Origin: Octopus sinensis
Lineage: Eukaryota
Reading direction: 5' to 3'
Length of the DNA stretch: 64,000 bases
NCBI RefSeq assembly: GCF_006345805.1
Contig: NC_043008.1
Coordinates: forward strand, 57,412,001 to 57,476,000
The translations under genes were made by a program, and so were the position numbers. The notes under the pieces are model-generated. The model saw only the letters and a program-made list of their open reading frames with translations. It was not told the DNA's origin and searched no databases. Each line of letters begins with the position of its first letter. Position 1 is the first letter of the stretch. Of this stretch, positions 12,765 to 24,872 are shown one piece after another.

Positions 12765-13529
12765 GGATCTTTTCCTTTTGAGCGGCAGTTTTCAACTCAA
12801 TTTCTAGTTAACTAGACACCTTTAAACTTCGTATACTGGTAGAATGTGTTTATAAAACATCATTTTTTCTTGGCTTCATTGAGAAAATTCTATAGTTTGT
12901 AAGATATTTCCACTATAAAATCGAGCATTTCGGTAAATTTAACCAATCGCTCACCTCCATTTGGGGTGAAAACATTCCGTGCTGTATGAATTTGTCCCTC
13001 AGAAACAGATTGGGTTTATTTACATTTGCGAAGAAAAAAAGATACCCTTCCCCCTACCCCTAACTAACCCTAACCCTAAAACAGATTGAAGCGCAATAGA
13101 TCGATACTAGGGTTATAATTATGGGTGACAATTTCATACGACACCGCTACGGAAAATGGGATATTTTTCTAGCGGTGTCAAATGAAAATGTCACCCATAA
13201 TTATAACCCTAGTATCAATCTATTGCATTTCAATCTGTTTTAGGGTTAGGGGTGGGGGTAGGGTATCTTTTTTTCTTCGCAAATGTAAATAAACCCAATC
13301 TGTTTCTGAGGGACATATTCATACAGCACAGAATGTTTTCACCCCAAATGGAGGTGAGCGATTGGTTAAATTTACCGAAATGCTCGATTTTATAGTGGAA
13401 ATATCTTACAAACTATAGAATTTTCTCAATAAAGCCAAGAAAAAATGATGTAAACACATTCTACCAGTATACGAAGTTTAAAAGTGTTTAGTTAACTAGA
13501 AATTGTGTTGTTCAAAAGGAAAAGATACC
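12765..13529. mobile_element. Palindromic inverted dimer of a GGATC-ended (Merlin-like) MITE
   Basis: ~385-bp arms in inverted orientation around a short spacer near 13150-13165; termini GGATCTTTTCCTTTTG / CAAAAGGAAAAGATACC; arms match the monomer at 19008-19404. Confidence 0.8.
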
Positions 13530-15549
13530 TCCATTTTATTAAAAGTTATGGGGGGAAAACTCGGCTCTTGTGAATTTTTCGAGGTCCTCTCCCCACCCGC
13601 CCGTTGCTTTGCGTGCATTTTTTTTTTTTCATATTTGTCTCCTACACATTTTTTTTTTTACACCTGTTGCACTATTTTTTTCTGATTTTCGTTTCCAAAA
13701 CCCCCCAAAAAATTGTGGGTGTGAAGAAGTTTTTGAAAATTCGCACGAGTTGACTTTGTTTCCTCCCAGCTTTCAGAAAAGTGTTTTTAATGAAATTTTC
13801 TACGAACATTTTTCAGAGTGTGTAAATTGCGATTATATCAGAATTTGATGAGTGGCGGAGGCAAACGAAAGAAATAGGCACTCAATACATAAAAGCAAGT
13901 TACATTATTATTTAAGAGCCAGAGTGGCGATCTTTCGTTACAAGAACATACGACTGCTAGTTACGAACCACGTGTGAATGCCGAATAGAGTTGAATCAAA
14001 CTTTTAAATAGCAATGTGTATATACAAATTTACATAATTTTATTTATGTTTTATTTTCTGCAGATGTTGTAAGTTCTCTTTATTTATTGGCATTTATGTT
14101 CGTAAATGCCAATAAAAATTTAAAGTTTCAATTATTTTGCAACTTTAACGAACTTTCGGCTTTAATCGTCAAGAGGTCGGATAGGAAACGCCCCAACCTA
14201 ATTTATGTTAATATATTGTATGTAAATCATTTATTGTAATGGTAAATGAGTATAAAAAAAAGAAAAAAGTATTTAAACACATTACACAAGTCACTTATTT
14301 CTCATAACAGACATAATAATTAGTTAAAACATAGAATAATAACCTTTTCTCTTTTCTTGACCTGACCTCCATGTGTCGTAAATACAGGGAAATGCGCGGG
14401 AAATTAAATTCTGAAACGTTGTCGGGACAGTTGGACGTTCGTTGAAGAAAATATATCACCATGTCAAATAAAATGGTTTAAATGAAAAACCAAGAACACA
14501 GGCAGAGTTCTATAAGCAGATAGAGGTATGTTGAAATGAAATTTTCCCTTTTTTAAATTTTTTTTTGCAGATTTTATTGTTTATATTCTATTTAATGAGA
14601 AAGTAAGGAAAGCCGAGCATGCTTATATAAGTGTTATTCGATTTTATTTCTTCACAACTTACAGAAAAATGCTTATTTTTTGATGAAAATTTCTATAAAT
14701 ACTTTTCAGTTACAATTATATCGTAATTTAATGTAAAAAATACAAACATTGGTGTGCGTATATACATACTGAAGCACCGCGATTTTTTTCAAATTTTCAA
14801 CTTGCATTTTGTGTGTGTGATGCATGTCAGTATATATATGTCTGCGCGCCCACCGTTTTTCCCCACATTAAAATAAAAAAATAATAATGAAATTATATTG
14901 TATACTGTGCTCAGGTGCACCACAAATTCTGATATAATCATAAGCTACGCCATATGAAAGGTAGGTATTTGTATAAAATTTCTTTGAAAAGTATCTGTTT
15001 TTCTGAACGCTACGAGGAAACAAAGTTGGAGGCTGTACACTTGTGTAAGCATGCTCAAAAATAGATTTACCCATTCCTCTTGGTTTGTTTTTAATTTTTA
15101 CAGTTTTATACAAATGCCTTGAGAAGTTTTAGTCGATCAATTCGATCCCAAGACTTACTTTTTAAAGTTTAGTTCTAATTCTATCGGTTCCTTTTTGCCG
15201 ATAGAATAAGTACGAGGACGTAAACACACCAACACCGGTGATGGCGGACAGGACATACATAAAGACACGAACACACACACACATATATATATATAGTAAT
15301 TTAGGAAGGAAACATACATACACACACGATAACACATATACAGACATTAATACATACGCACACGGGAACATAGATTTATTTCACCACTTTTATTTAATCT
15401 ATTTTATCTGGCGAACATCGCCTTCTATCTTATTTTTCACTTTTACTCCTATACTTTTATTACAGAAGGTAAAGAATACGAACGCCCAGTGCTTCGGGTT
15501 AGGGCTACGCCAAAAACGGGTGGTGTGCGTATTCTTTACCTCCGCCCTA

Positions 15550-16985
15550 TCTTCTTTATATATAAAAGTAAGGTTGTGTGTCTGTCTCCTACGATTTAGA
15601 TTCCTAACTACTCCCACATTTTGCTGTGCAGTGTATCCTATAGTCGTGATTCATATCAAGCCCTTCTGGGTATTAGCGCGCGTCTACGATTTTAAAAATA
15701 ATTTACCATCATTTTTTTCCATTTTAATGCATTTTTTCGCTATTATATAAGGGAAGTAACTCTCTAAAAATGTCTACGATGAGTCAACGATTTAAAAAAA
15801 ATTACCATTTTTTTTTCATTTTTAATGCATTTTTTTCTACTAGTTATTTCCCTTACAAACCCGAGCAACGCCGGGTGATACTGCTAGTCTATATATATAA
15901 AACTGTAGTTGTGCGAGTGTCTGTCTCTTACGATTTAGATTCCTAACTCCTCCCACATTTTGCGGTGCAGTTTAACCAAATTCAGGTATCTTATAGTCGT
16001 GATTCATATCGAGCCCGTCTGGCTATTAGCGCGCGTCTACGATGAGTCTACGATTTAAAAAATAATTTAACATCATTTTTTATTCCATTTTAATGCATAA
16101 TTTTTCGTGTGTCGATGGCGGCGGAGTTGGCGTCCATGGTCACACCTGCACCTGTGTTTGCTTCTCCCCCTTCTTCCCCCCCTCTTGAAGCTGTGGGGAA
16201 GGGAGTGTAAAGAAATCAACGTCGTAATGTGTTGTGAAGGAAACCAGCGTTCTTTTAGAACAACGACTTCATGGCTTGAAGACACCAAAACAAAAATGGC
16301 TAAGAAAGCCCGAATTGGCATCTATAAAGGAAGTAACTCTCTAAAAATGCTTATATAGTTATTTCCCTTACAAATCCGAGCAACGCCGGGCGATACTGCT
16401 AGTTATATATAAAAGTAAGGTTGTGTCTGTCTCCTGCGATTTAGATTCCTAACTACTCCCACATTTTGCGGTGCAGTGTAACCAAAACCGGGTATCTTAT
16501 AGTCGTGATTCATATCGAGCCCTTCTGGGTATTAGCGCACGTCTACGATTTAAAAAAAATTTACCATAATTTTTTTCCATTTTAATGCATTTTTCCGCTA
16601 TTATATAAGGGAAGTAACTCTCTAAAAATGTCTACGATGAGTCAACGATTAAAAAAAATTTACCATCATTTTTTTCGATTAAGTAACTCTCTAAAAATGT
16701 CTACGATTTTTAAAATAATTTACCATAATTTTTTTCCATTTTAATGCATTTTTTCGCTATTATATAAGGGAAGTAACTCTCTAAAAATGTCTACGATGAG
16801 TCAACGATTTAAAAAAAAAAATTTACCATTTTTTTCGATTAAGTAACTCTCTAAATATGTCTACGATTTTAAAAAAATTTATCATTTTTTTCCCATTTTT
16901 AATGCATTTTTTGGCTATAACTCTCTAAAAATGCTTTATAGTTATTTCCCTTACAAATCCGAGCAACGCCGGGCGATACTGCTAG
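15550..16985 (+). mobile_element. Three head-to-tail non-autonomous Helitrons
   Basis: Each unit starts (TC)T..TATATATAAAA and ends with hairpin CCGAGCAACGCCGGG plus CTAG (ends at 15887, 16402, 16985). Confidence 0.85.
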
Positions 16986-17329
16986 TATTTTATAAACTCT
17001 AATAAGTAACTTAAGAAGGAAATATATACGCATACACACATATTGGTCCATAAACCATTGACATCCATACTTGTGCATGAGAGATTTTGGCATCCAGAAA
17101 ACCCAAAATGGCAGGTAAGACTATGAGACTGCAACTCTAACATCCAACATATATATTTTTTTTTTTTGAGCTTCAGAAACGCACATCTCCAATATCGTTA
17201 GTGTCAAGGTTAGGTTTAAATGGAGAGGTGCGTTTCCAAAGAAGCGCCTTTATTTTTAATCTCTTTTTTGCCTTTATACTTCCTATATCACTCCTTTTCT
17301 AAAATAACTTTTTATATTGAACTCTACTA

Positions 17330-17876
17330 GGATCTTTTCCTTTTGAACGGCAGTTTGTAACATAATTTCTAGGTAACTAAAAAGTTTTAAACTTCGTATA
17401 CTGGTAGAATGTGTTTATAAAACATCATTTTCTCTTGGTTTTATTGAGAAAATTCTATAGTTTATAAAACATGGTTTTATTGAGAAAATTCTATAGTTTG
17501 TAAGATATTTCGTCTGAAAATCCGAGCATTTCGGCAATTTTAACCAATCGATTACCTCCATTCAACTAAAATCATTTGCTGCGTCTAAAACTGAAGCAAC
17601 ATCCTGTAACTAACCTTGAATCTCCCCCTAATCCTAACCCTAGATTTTTTTTCGTAATTGTTAAATTAATTTGTTACGAGTGTAAATGATTTTAGCTCAA
17701 AAGAGAGCATAGGATTGGTTAAAATTCGAAAAATTAAACTACGTTAACCAAACAAATTACAATTTTCTCAAAGCCAAGAGAAAAAAATGTTTTATTTTGA
17801 CACATTCTACCAGTATACGAAGTTTTAAAGTGTTTAGTTAACTAGAAATTGTCTGCCGTTCAAAAGGAAAAGATCC
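17330..17876. mobile_element. GGATC-ended MITE (Merlin-like), long TIRs
   Basis: TIR GGATCTTTTCCTTTTGAACGGCAG at both ends; 8-bp TSD CTCTACTA/TTCTACTA. Confidence 0.8.
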
Positions 17877-17909
17877 TTCTACTATTTCCCTCTATTTAAC
17901 TCTCATATC

Positions 17910-17957
17910 GTCTTTGATGAAGGGATAACCCTCGTATCCCAGAAACAGCTGTAAGAC
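17910..17957 (+). ncRNA. Degenerate minimal type I hammerhead ribozyme motif (Penelope-like remnant)
   Basis: GTCT-TTGATGA-A-GGGATA(accctcg)TATCCC-A-GAAAC-AGCT-GTA-AGAC: stem I, 6-bp stem II, palindromic stem III; core has T in place of C3. Confidence 0.5.
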
Positions 17958-18328
17958 TACCTTTCTCTTTACAAATGTCCCAGAAATTTCACACTGCCTT
18001 GGCCTTGTCTCATTTTATTTAACACACACACACACACACACACATATATTAATAGTTATCGCCAAGCTAACATGGCAGTCCAGAAAAATAGGACGAATGC
18101 TGCCGTTGATTAACTCCAAGAGGCCATCGCCTCTAGCTAGCTATGAGACACACAAACCCGTGTCTATTATAAACTTCGAACAGGGGAGGTCAGCAGTTTC
18201 CCCTTGCTTTTTGAGCTCCCGTGTTCAAAGATTATAAGGTTAATATCTAGATCCGTACCCGGTGGGAAAAATGGAAACGAATTAACCATTATTTTTGGGG
18301 AGCAGTAATAGGCAATCTTTATATACAC

Positions 18329-18529
18329 CAGTGGTTTTAAACCAGGGTTCCGCCAGTACAGTCCAGGGGTTCCGCAAGAAGTTACAAAACTGCTAAAATC
18401 GGCAGTAATTTTTAATTCTCCTGTGCAGATATGTGTGCAGAAGACTATTAAATTATTGCACAGGGGTTCCCCGAGTCAGTGGAATGTTTCCTTGGGGTTC
18501 TGCTCTAGCAAAAAGATTGAAAAGCACTG
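18329..18529. mobile_element. hAT-type MITE
   Basis: CAGTG...CACTG termini; perfect 8-bp TSD ATATACAC. Confidence 0.85.
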
Positions 18530-19007
18530 ATATACACTATTGAATGGCCGATGACTCTCACGGGTTTTGTTTTTCATCCTGCATGGTGTCTAAATCGCCC
18601 TTCTCACCAAGCAAGTTTGGTGGAGTTGCCTGGTTAGTCGATGAAGACCCGACCATGCGACTGGTTTGCATTATTACCAGAAGTACTCGTAACTTGGTGA
18701 GAAATTTATTTTTAAATGAAGTTTTTCAAAGATAGATTTTAGCTGGTGTAAATTAAGGTCCGTGGCGCGTCGGATAAAATGCTTCGTTCGTCTTCATGCC
18801 CTGAGTTAAATAAAATCCCACCGAGGTCTCTACTTTACCCTTCATCCTTTCGTAATCGATGAACTGGGTCGCAGTGGCACACTGGGATCGATATAATCGA
18901 CGTGTTCCTCCCACCAAAATTTGTGCCCATTTCAGATGGTATAAATTCGGATTATATAGGAATTTGTTGGGAAAAATATTTTCGAAAGTGTAGAGAGCAG
19001 TTTTAGG

Positions 19008-19404
19008 GGATCTTTTCGGTTTGAACGGCAGTTTTTTCTAGCGGTGTCGTATGTATCGATCTATATCGATATAGTATCGATCTATTGCATTTCGATCTGT
19101 TTTAGGGTTAGGGATGGGGGGAATGGTATCTTTTTTCTTCAGAAATGTAAATAAACCCATTCTGTTTCTTAAACGAGGGACATATTCATACGGCACAGAA
19201 TGTTTTCACCTCAAATAGACGTCATTGATTGGTTGAAATTGCAGAAATTGGAGAAAAAACACAAATATCTTACAAACCATAGAATTTTCTCAATAAAGCC
19301 AAGAGAAAAAGATGTTTTATAAACACATTCTACCAGTATACGAAGTTAAATTTTTTTAGCTACCTAGAAATTGTTAAAAACTGCCGTTCAAACCGAAAAG
19401 ATCC
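19008..19404. mobile_element. GGATC-ended MITE monomer (Merlin-like)
   Basis: TIR GGATCTTTTCGGTTTGAACGGCAG / CTGCCGTTCAAACCGAAAAGATCC; perfect 8-bp TSD GTTTTAGG. Confidence 0.88.
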
Positions 19405-19499
19405 GTTTTAGGTAACTCACACACCTTATTTTGTTTCCTCATGACTTTGAAAACTGGATTTTTTTAATGAAATTTTTTTTTCTAATAGCTTTCAAAAAT

Positions 19500-19884
19500 A
19501 TCGAAATTTAACCTGTGGTGGTCGCGCACACGCATCAGTGTGAAAAAAATTACTTGTCTGTATGTTTGTGTGTTCCCACCAACTTTTTCTTATAAAGCAC
19601 ATTAAAAATATCCAAATTTGAAAGGAAGGATACACGGGAAGGAATTAAGTTGTTCATTCACCGCCGAAATTGACGGGGGTGGGGGGAACCATTATCCAAA
19701 ATAACTTACCAAGGGGAATAACTTTGAAAATCTTACTGGAAGTTGTATATTCCACATGGCCATTTAAAATTTATTTATTAAATGGTAGTAATAATATCCA
19801 TTTAGATTTTGGTTACGCGTGATTTTACGGAGCTTCAAACTTTATTTGATGGAGTGGAGTACAATATAGAATAGACAGGTAAGG
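19500..19884 (+). promoter_or_regulatory. Candidate POLH promoter and non-coding first exon
   Basis: CpG-retaining non-repeat sequence with CGCCGAAA and ACGCGT motifs, ending in a strong donor CAG|GTAAGG (19878/19879); an acceptor ttctAG lies 18 nt before the POLH ATG. Confidence 0.35.
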
Positions 19885-19959
19885 GGTGGCAATACGTTAA
19901 TAAGAAACAAGACAACAAACGAATACAATTGCAAGTAAGCATTTAAGATATTTGTGGTC

Positions 19960-20370
19960 TTAAGATATACAACAGCTATAACTAAAAAAAATTTGTTGGT
20001 CCGCCTCATGGTCACTACGGGCAAAATGCGAAAGGCGCTACTCGCTGAAACTGCCACTTCGACTCACGGGGCTCGTACTTGCGGAAAGCTGTTCCGCTCA
20101 GAGAGCAGAGATGTGCGGAGGTCTCCACTGCTACAGGTTCGACCACAGATCTGCTAGAGTGTAGCCAATACCATGACAGTTTCCCCTTCTCGGCCGGACG
20201 AGCAGCGAAGCCTGTGCTAGCAGCTAAACACATTAGGTTGTCGCTGGAGAATGCGTCGCAGCATGTGGCATCGCAGAAAAGGAAAATTGCCATGCCACCT
20301 AGCCTTGTACCACTCCCTCGCTCTAGCCCCGCTGGCTCGAGCTGAGAAAGGAAACCTGCGGCGTCTGGAC
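19960..20370 (+). mobile_element. Decayed gag-like LINE ORF1 fragment (zinc-knuckle remnant)
   Basis: GC-rich patch; one frame reads LHCYRFDHRSA, resembling CX2CX4HX4C; heavily disrupted. Confidence 0.35.
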
Positions 20371-20414
20371 CATGCTTTACGATTTCATTGAATGCAGCAC
20401 TGCTTGGAAGGTGG

Positions 20415-21140
20415 CCAGCACTATAACATCTAAGCAGACTCTCTCCCTAATGACATGGGCTATGACCCTCTCCGTGGACTTCATCACCTGATCCAGCAGT
20501 TTGATACACCTGTAGTTATTTCTGTCTAGAGCATCACCTTTACCCTTGTAGCAGTTGACTATGGTGCTGCTACGCCAGTCATTGGGTATGACTCCATCAT
20601 GAAGTACCTGGTTTACAATGCAGGTGACTAGGCCATAGTCCACACCATCAGATGTTTTAAGCATCTCAGCAGTGATTCCTGATGGGACGGGGGCTTTTCC
20701 TAGCTTCATACCCTTAAATGCTTTATCTACCAGGGTGCTGTCTATTGGGATAGCTGGTCCCTCTACTGGGTCAACATTTGGCAGGCCCTCCTCCTCCCAT
20801 TCATTGTCCAAGTTCAGCAATCTTTCATAATGGCTTCTCCAAACCTCTTTCTTTTCCGAATCATTAAAAGCAAGTGCACCATCGTCCATGTGGACACATT
20901 TCTCTCCCGTGACATCACAATTTTCTCTCACACACTGTCTTGCAATCTAAAATAACCCAGTTCTTTGGTCCTCACGTCACTGGACATTGGCAAACTTCTT
21001 TCCTGCTTCACCCTTGGTTATGTATACCTGCCCCACAGCCTCCCTTTAGGCTACCTGGTATAGTTCCCTGCTACCCCCATCCTTCCAGGCCCTCCTGGCC
21101 TGTTTCTTTGCTCAAATGGCTTTGTCTACCATACTATTTC
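20415..21140 (-). mobile_element. RTE-clade LINE fragment (pre-RT/RT N-terminal region)
   Basis: WRSHYERLLN, MKLGKAPVPSGITAEMLK, IPNDWRSSTIVNCYKGKGDALDRNNYRCIKLL. Confidence 0.9.
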
Positions 21141-21156
21141 ATCACATTTTATATAC

Positions 21157-21512
21157 AGGAGTGGCTGTGTGGTAAGTAGCTTGCTCACCAACCACATGGT
21201 TCCGGGTTCAGTCCCATTGCATGGCACCTTGGGCAAATGTCTTCTACTATAGCCTCAGGCTGACCAAAGCCTTGTGAGTGGATTTGGTAGACGGAAGCTG
21301 AAAGAAGTCTGTTGTGTGTGTCTGTATTTGTACCCCCATCATTGCTTGACAACCAATGCTGGTGTGTTTACGTCCCTGTAACTTAGTGGTTTGGCAAAAG
21401 AGACTGATAGAATAAGTACTAGGCTTACAAAGAATAAGTCCTGGGGTCAATTTGCTCAACTAAGGCGGTGCTCCAGCATGGCTGCAGTTAAATGACTGAA
21501 ACAAATAAAAGA
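21157..21512 (+). mobile_element. tRNA-derived SINE, family B
   Basis: Head GGAGTGGCTGTGTGGTAAG...GGTTCAGTCCC, CCTTGGGCAA core, internal (TG)n, tail TGACTGAAACAAATAAAAGA; many other copies in the window. Confidence 0.85.
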
Positions 21513-21927
21513 ATTCATATGTACGTATATGCATACAAACAAATGAATGGGTGCTGAAAAGTTCCTGGGTTTAAGTAAAAGAAAATAGGAGGATCAGTTA
21601 ATTATGGTTTTATTCAACATATTTTCCTCTCAGATTCACACACTTACTGTGGCAGTCCTTCAGTTTTTCTAAGCCCTGCAAAAGCACTTGGCAGGTTGGG
21701 CCTCCAACCAGACCTTTCACAATACCCTGAAAGCCAGGAACTTTAGAGCACCCCCTCGTGTGTATGTATGTGTGTGGTGTGTGTATATATATACACACAC
21801 ACACGCACGCACGCGCGCGGTGGTGAGTTGTGATCCAAAGTGGAAGTTATGTTATTGACACAGGTTTTGTAAAAATTATAATAATGATTGAACATATTAT
21901 CTATTCTAGAATTTACCTGTCTTCACC

Positions 21928-22046
21928 ATGGACCATGTTATTGCACTGGTTGACATGGATTGCTTCTTTGTGCAAGTTGAACAGCGTTACAATCCTTCCC
22001 TAAAAGGCAAACCATGTGCTGTTGTACAATATACCCAGCGTGGAGT
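21928..22046 (+). CDS. POLH: DNA polymerase eta coding exon 1
   Basis: Kozak-like CACCATGG; MDHVIALVDMDCFFVQVEQRYNPSLKGKPCAVVQY (Y-family motif I, steric-gate F); GT|GTAAGT donor, phase 2. Confidence 0.96.
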
Positions 22047-22204
22047 GTAAGTAAAATAAATTTAAAGCATTTATATTTATTTATTTTTTCAAGGTTTTAG
22101 TCTTGGTGGGATTTCAACTCTATGTAAAGATTCAGAAGAAATACCATACAAAGCATTTTTCTTTTTTCCGGTACTCTAGCAATTTTGTCATTTCATTGCT
22201 TTAA

Positions 22205-22414
22205 CCCTTACGTTACCAAACCGGCTCTGGCTCTATGTACAAATGTCTTGTTTTCAAAAGTTTTGAATTAAAATCTTCCACCAAATCTTAGTCACAATTT
22301 ATGTTCCTAACACTAGCTGAATGATAACTAAGTTATTTTACTAAATTCTTGGTTATATTTAAAGTAATTGAAAGAAAAACTAAGTATCTCAAAATAAATA
22401 CAGTAACGAAAGGG
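22205..22414. mobile_element. TTAA-flanked (piggyBac-like) MITE
   Basis: TTAA-CCCTT...AAGGG-TTAA; near-identical copy at 32466-32690; related elements at 32863-33023 and 41895-42104. Confidence 0.75.
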
Positions 22415-22519
22415 TTAATCCTTTAGCATTCAGTTTACTCTGTCAAATGTAATGTTTATTTATTCACGTTTTTTAAATTCACTTATTAACATTTAATTCT
22501 GCATATTTTCATTCAGACA

Positions 22520-23075
22520 TCATCATCGTTTAACATCCGCTTTCCATGCTAGCATGGGTTGGATGATTTGACTGAGGGCTGGCAAACCAGATGGCTGCAC
22601 CAGGCTCCAATCTTGATCTGGCAGAGTTTCTACAGCTGGATGCCCTTCCTAACGCCAACCACTCCGAGAGTGTAGTGGGTGCTTTTTATGTGCCACCGGC
22701 ACGGAGGCCAGTTAGGCAGTACTGGCAATGACCTCGCTCGAATCTTTTTACACATGCCACCGGCACGGGTGCCAGTAAGGCGATGCTGGTAATGATCACG
22801 CTCGTGTGGTGCCTTTTACGAAGCCAGTTAGCCGCTCTGGCAACGATCACGCTTGGATGGTGCTCTTAGCACCCTACTAGCACAGGGCTCAAGTACCAGT
22901 AAAGCATCACTGGTAACAATGACACTCGAATGGTGCCTTTTATGTGCCACTCTGTCAGCGATCACACTCGTATGGTGCTCTTTGCACCCCACTAGCACGG
23001 ATGCCAGTCATAGAATTTGAATTGGATTTCACTTGCCTCAACAGGTCTTCGCAAGAAGAGTTTAGTGTCCAAAGA
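22520..23075 (-). mobile_element. RTE LINE 3' UTR remnant
   Basis: (CAT)n tail and array of GTGCCACCGGCAC hairpin modules. Confidence 0.8.
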
Positions 23076-23984
23076 AGAGATGTCTAGTAAATATATATTT
23101 CAACGAAAATATTCGTTCACTGTACTCCGAAGTATCTGCCACTCATTTCCAGCCCGAAATGCTCCGTTCATGGATATATTCCGGTCTTCTATCATCAGTA
23201 ATTATCATTTTTATCAGTAACTTCATAATATATCATAACTGATCCAAAATAATTTGTGTATTTGTTCCCCCTTATATACAGATTCAAAATAGATAATAAA
23301 AATATTTTTTGCATGGAAATTGAAAAAAAAAAAAAAAAAAAAAAAAAAGTATGTTAAGAGGTTAATCATGTATTATCTCGTAGCTTTGAGTGAGAGTTAA
23401 ATGATGTGATTATGTTTAGATGACATTGTAGGGCAGGTGTGAGAGGCTAGATCTGGCCTGATGGAACATAAAACAGAATATTTCATTGGCTATGGCCTGT
23501 TTAGATGCTAAAGGGTTAATTTTTATAATGATCCTTTCTGTTATAGGCACAAAACCTGAAATTTTGGAGGGATAGTTGATTACATCAGTTCCAGTATATA
23601 ACTGGTATCTAGTTTATCAGTCCCCCAAAGGATGAAAGGCAAACTTAACCTTGGCAGTATTTGAACTCGGAGCATGAAGATAGACAAAATTTTGTCTAGC
23701 GTGCTAATGATTCTATTCGCTTGCTCCCTTCTTTTAATAATCCTTTTTGCTATAGGCACAAGGCATGAAATTTGTGGGAGGGTGTCAGTCAATTATGTTG
23801 ACCCCAGAGCTCCACTGGTACTGATTTCATTGAACCCGAAAAGATGAGAGGCAAAGCTGACCTTGGACCAAATGCTGCTTAGCATGCTAACGATTCTGCC
23901 AGCTCTCCAAATCTATTCTGCTTGGAGACAGCTATATTTTGCTAATTAAACACATGCACTATAGTGCGTGTGGTTAATTGGAAA

Positions 23985-24638
23985 AACATGACTAGTAACC
24001 GAGACCTTTGGAAATATGCTGTGCTTGAGAAGACCTGGCAAGCCAAGTGAGACCATAACCTCGTGGTCTATGCCAGGGGTGTAACCAGCCTACTTATGCG
24101 TACCTTTCCTTCATTGGACACTAAACTCTGCTTGCGAAGACCTGTTGAGGCAAGTGAAATCGAAATCAAATTCGATGACTGGCATCCGTGCTAGTAGAGC
24201 AATAAGAGCACCATCCGAGTGAGATCATTGCCAGAGTAGCTAACTGGCTTCTGTGCCGGTAGCACTTAAAAAGTACCATTTAAGCGTGATCGTTACCAGT
24301 GTCACCTTACTAGCACTTGTGCTGGTGGCATGTGAAAAAACATTTCAGTGGGGTTGTTGCCAGTGCCGCTGGACTGACTCCTGTGCAGGTGGTACATGAA
24401 AAACACCGTTTGAGCGTGGCCGTTGCCAGTACTGCCTAACTGGCCCTCGTGCCTGTGGCATGTAAAAGCATCCACTACGCTCTTGGAGTGGTTGGCGTTA
24501 GAACGGGCATCCAGCTGTAGAAACTCTGCCAGATCAAGATTGGAGCCTGGTGCAGCTATCTGGTTTGCCAGTCCAAAGTCAAATCATCCAACCCATGCTA
24601 GCATGGAAAGCAGACGTTAAACGATGATGATGATGATC
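23985..24638 (+). mobile_element. 5'-truncated RTE LINE (ORF2 C-terminus, 3' UTR, (GAT)n tail)
   Basis: Begins MTSNRDLWKYAVLEKTWQAK* (RTE DR..W C-terminal motif), then hairpin-module UTR and GATGATGATGAT tail. Confidence 0.82.
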
Positions 24639-24737
24639 AACCCAAGTATAAAAATATTTCAATACACGATTTCACATCAGGAATCTTGCAAAATAAAATA
24701 CATAAATGTAATCTAAATATATATTTTTTTTTAACAG

Positions 24738-24872
24738 AATCATTGCTGTCAGCTATGAAGCTCGAGCATTTGGTGTTAAACGTGGCATGACAGCTGAAGA
24801 GGCCAAAGCCAAATGTCCAGACATTCTGCTACCACGAATTCCAGAATTGAGAGGGAAAGCAGACCTTACTAA
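24738..24872 (+). CDS. POLH: DNA polymerase eta coding exon 2
   Basis: aacAG acceptor; IIAVSYEARAFGVKRGM...KCPD...RGKADLT; AA|GTAAGT donor. Confidence 0.96.

Noticed and set aside
13050-13080. Interstitial telomere (TAACCC)n
   Set aside because: Only 2-3 units, and they are an internal part of the MITE family
15238-15750. 170-aa ORF
   Set aside because: Spans SINE microsatellite and Helitron sequence; no recognisable domain
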